Shown here: positions 61,813 to 64,000 of the stretch, piece by piece
Position numbering within the stretch: the stretch's first letter is position 1
Layout: each line of letters starts with the position of its first letter
NCBI GenBank assembly: GCA_947624195.1
Contig: CANQJH010000003.1
Coordinates: forward strand, 7,369-71,368
Source: an uncultured Clostridia bacterium
Lineage (GTDB): Bacteria; Bacillota; Clostridia; TANB77; CAG-508
Direction: 5' to 3'
Length of the DNA stretch: 64,000 bases
The notes under the pieces: generated by a model
The model's input: the letters and a program-made list of their open reading frames with translations, nothing else
The model's database searches: none
What the model was told of the DNA's origin: nothing
Made by a program: the position numbers and the translations under genes

Positions 61813-63325
61813 TTTCTGCCTCCTTATTTAATTCTGGAAAATAATAAAACAAATTATTATTACGTCGGTCATTGTTTATTTTATCCCTAATAAACATCCT
61901 TTCAAATATTTCTAGATAAATAACTTTCATAAAATAGTCTATTTCATAAAATTCATCATTAAATTTCTTTTTTTTATAATACTTACTATTTCGAGCGACT
62001 CTTTTTATATCATTCAAAGATATTTTCCCGATAAATAAAGTTTTTAAATCAGTTGCTCCACCTATTTTTTTTAAAATTTTTACTATTTCTGAAGGCAATG
62101 TTTTATGTATTATATTCTTGTGGTATGTTTTATTGCTATCACCTTTAATTACTATTCTTTTAGCTGTTTCAATAAATTTCCTTCTTAAATATGGATATTG
62201 AGTATTTATTCCATAATAGTTCATTAAAATTCCACTTTTTTTAAGAATTTTATATGAAGCCATTTCATATACATCCTTATAAGGCTTAATCGAAACCCCC
62301 TTAAATAATTGTGCATAATTTTTTAAATAATATTTTATTTTATCAATGTGCGAGCTTATTGGATGGTATAAATTATAATGTAATACTTGGTCAGCACAAT
62401 CTCCTAAAATCATATTATCTACATTATTATCTTTTATTAATTTTGCAAGTTCATATTGTAAAAATATTCCTGATTCATAGATTGCACCTTCCAATGCAAA
62501 TATTATTTCAGGATAATTTATTAAACTCTTATCATCAACAAAATTTGAATGAAAATCTAGATTTTTATAATACTTACTAATAAAATATGAGTTTGGAACT
62601 TCATTTCTACCTATTATTCCGCCAATAGAGAAAGCTTCTAGTTTATTATTATTTTTTCTTAAGTTATACACTAAAAAATTAGTATCATATCCTGATGAAA
62701 TTGTTACCCCTATGTTTTTGCATTTTGAACTATTGCATATTTCTTCCATTGTTTTAACATAAGAAACACTATTTACTTTTTTTATATTATATATATCCTT
62801 TACAAATATATTTCTTTTAATTTTGTACTTGGCATTATTTAAATTAATTTCTAAATACTTTTTCCCAGGAACTTTATGTATGAGGTTAACCAAAGTGTCT
62901 TTGTTCGTTATAAATCCTTTATCTAAAAACTTATTAACAGATTTTAAATTGATTTGCCAGTTAATATTCTTGTTTTTTATTATTTGTTTCAGTTCATTAG
63001 ATATTATTATTTCAGTTCTATCATCATAAAAATAAATATTATGATTGCTACCAAAGTAATCTTGAAAAACATAAAGTCTTTTTGTTCTCTTATCAATAAT
63101 TATTAATGAATATGTTCCATCTATATAATTAACAATTTTTTTCCCGTGTTTTAGGAATAATATATGTAGATTTGCTAGTTCTAAAAGATTTTTCTTAATA
63201 TCAAAAATTTTACCAATAGAAAATAATAATATATTTTCATCTTCTAATATATTTCCTAACACATTTAATTTTTCTATCTTTAATTCCTTTTGACATTTAA
63301 TTTTAAAATAAAATTGCTCTTTCAT
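61781..63325 (-). CDS. Asparagine-synthetase-like ATP-dependent amide ligase lacking the N-terminal Cys
   Basis: IDGTYS..D..QDYFG, ISSGYDT (SGGxDS-like), LGDCADQV, YPYL. Confidence 0.75.
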   Translation of the reverse strand: MKEQFYFKIKCQKELKIEKLNVLGNILEDENILLFSIGKIFDIKKNLLELANLHILFLKHGKKIVNYIDGTYSLIIIDKRTKRLYVFQDYFGSNHNIYFYDDRTEIIISNELKQIIKNKNINWQINLKSVNKFLDKGFITNKDTLVNLIHKVPGKKYLEINLNNAKYKIKRNIFVKDIYNIKKVNSVSYVKTMEEICNSSKCKNIGVTISSGYDTNFLVYNLRKNNNKLEAFSIGGIIGRNEVPNSYFISKYYKNLDFHSNFVDDKSLINYPEIIFALEGAIYESGIFLQYELAKLIKDNNVDNMILGDCADQVLHYNLYHPISSHIDKIKYYLKNYAQLFKGVSIKPYKDVYEMASYKILKKSGILMNYYGINTQYPYLRRKFIETAKRIVIKGDSNKTYHKNIIHKTLPSEIVKILKKIGGATDLKTLFIGKISLNDIKRVARNSKYYKKKKFNDEFYEIDYFMKVIYLEIFERMFIRDKINNDRRNNNLFYYFPELNKEAENGKGNIFSDK

Positions 63326-63422
63326 ATTTTACCTTTTATATAATTTTTTAATTAGTATAAGTAACTACAATTTCTCTTAAATACAGATTAATTATACCTT
63401 TTATCTCTATTATTTTATTTAC

Positions 63423-63451
63423 ATAATATCGCAATAGACTTAATATGTCAA
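63423..63451 (-). promoter_or_regulatory. SigA promoter of the biosynthetic operon
   Basis: TTGACA-17 nt-TATTAT. Confidence 0.65.
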
Positions 63452-63539
63452 TATAAAGTACTCTATAATCTTGGTTTAGTAGCATTTAATTTATAAAAAG
63501 TTGGAATTCATTCTTTAAACTGTAATCTTCCACCTAATT

Positions 63540-64000
63540 ATTATTCTTTATTTTTATTTTCAATTCTTATCAAAACAACACCTTCAATATATATAATCTC
63601 TCCACTATTTCCTGTAGTAAGTCTATTAATTTTAAAGTCTGCTTTTTTAATCTGATAAATTAATTTTTTTGCTATTTACATCCTTTACTTCTATGCCTTT
63701 CATATTAATTCTAAATGTTCTATGTGCTTCTCCAATCACAAGCTCATTATTTTTCATTTATTCTTGACATTTTTTCAATCCTTGTTATCTCAAAAATATT
63801 ATTAATAATATTCAAAACTGTAAATTCTATTGTAGAATAAAGCAATTTTTCATATAGCAAATAAATCACGACAATAATTTATGAATTTAATCCTTATTTT
63901 CATCTGTCATTTATTTTTTAGGATACATTATTTTATTATTTTCCAAATTCATATCTTCAAGTTCAATTATTACTTCATATGCTAAATCATGCTTACTTTC
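63540..64000 (-). pseudogene. Degraded gene remnant
   Basis: Protein-like fragments (ESKHDLAYEVIIELE..., MKNNELVIGEAHRTF..., DFKINRLTTGNSGE...) broken by stops and frame changes. Confidence 0.45.

Noticed and set aside
52715-63325. Capsule/O-antigen locus, siderophore cluster or lasso/RiPP cluster
   Set aside because: No wzx/wzy or priming GT, no hydroxylase/acyltransferase or iron transporter, and no lasso B protein, RRE or precursor peptide seen; not fully excluded beyond the window edge.

Overview
Low-GC Firmicute (spore-forming Clostridia-like: yqfC/yqfD, pdaA, abrB, Spo0A boxes) chromosome window, almost all on the minus strand. About 1-49.8 kb is core genome: yajC-tgt-queA, ileS, tmRNA, tRNA-Trp, efp, ruvX/ireB, nth, a P-type ATPase, rng, pth, the yqfC-yqfD-ybeY-dgkA-era-recO operon, glycosyltransferases, rpiA, and two duplicated dockerin-autolysin/membrane-anchor gene pairs. 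About 49.8-64 kb is accessory: an HNH gene, a MetRS2-type metG and an unusual amino-sugar/radical-SAM biosynthetic operon. The strongest signal is that both split genes in the window (a fibro-slime/MucBP adhesin and a DUF2974 hydrolase) break at an in-frame CGG and resume in the +1 frame. A by-eye scan found CGG in no intact core gene; the only other case is in a foreign-looking gene. This suggests CGG-triggered +1 recoding, although a motif-specific sequencing error must be excluded. All family calls come from recalled motifs, with no database search.
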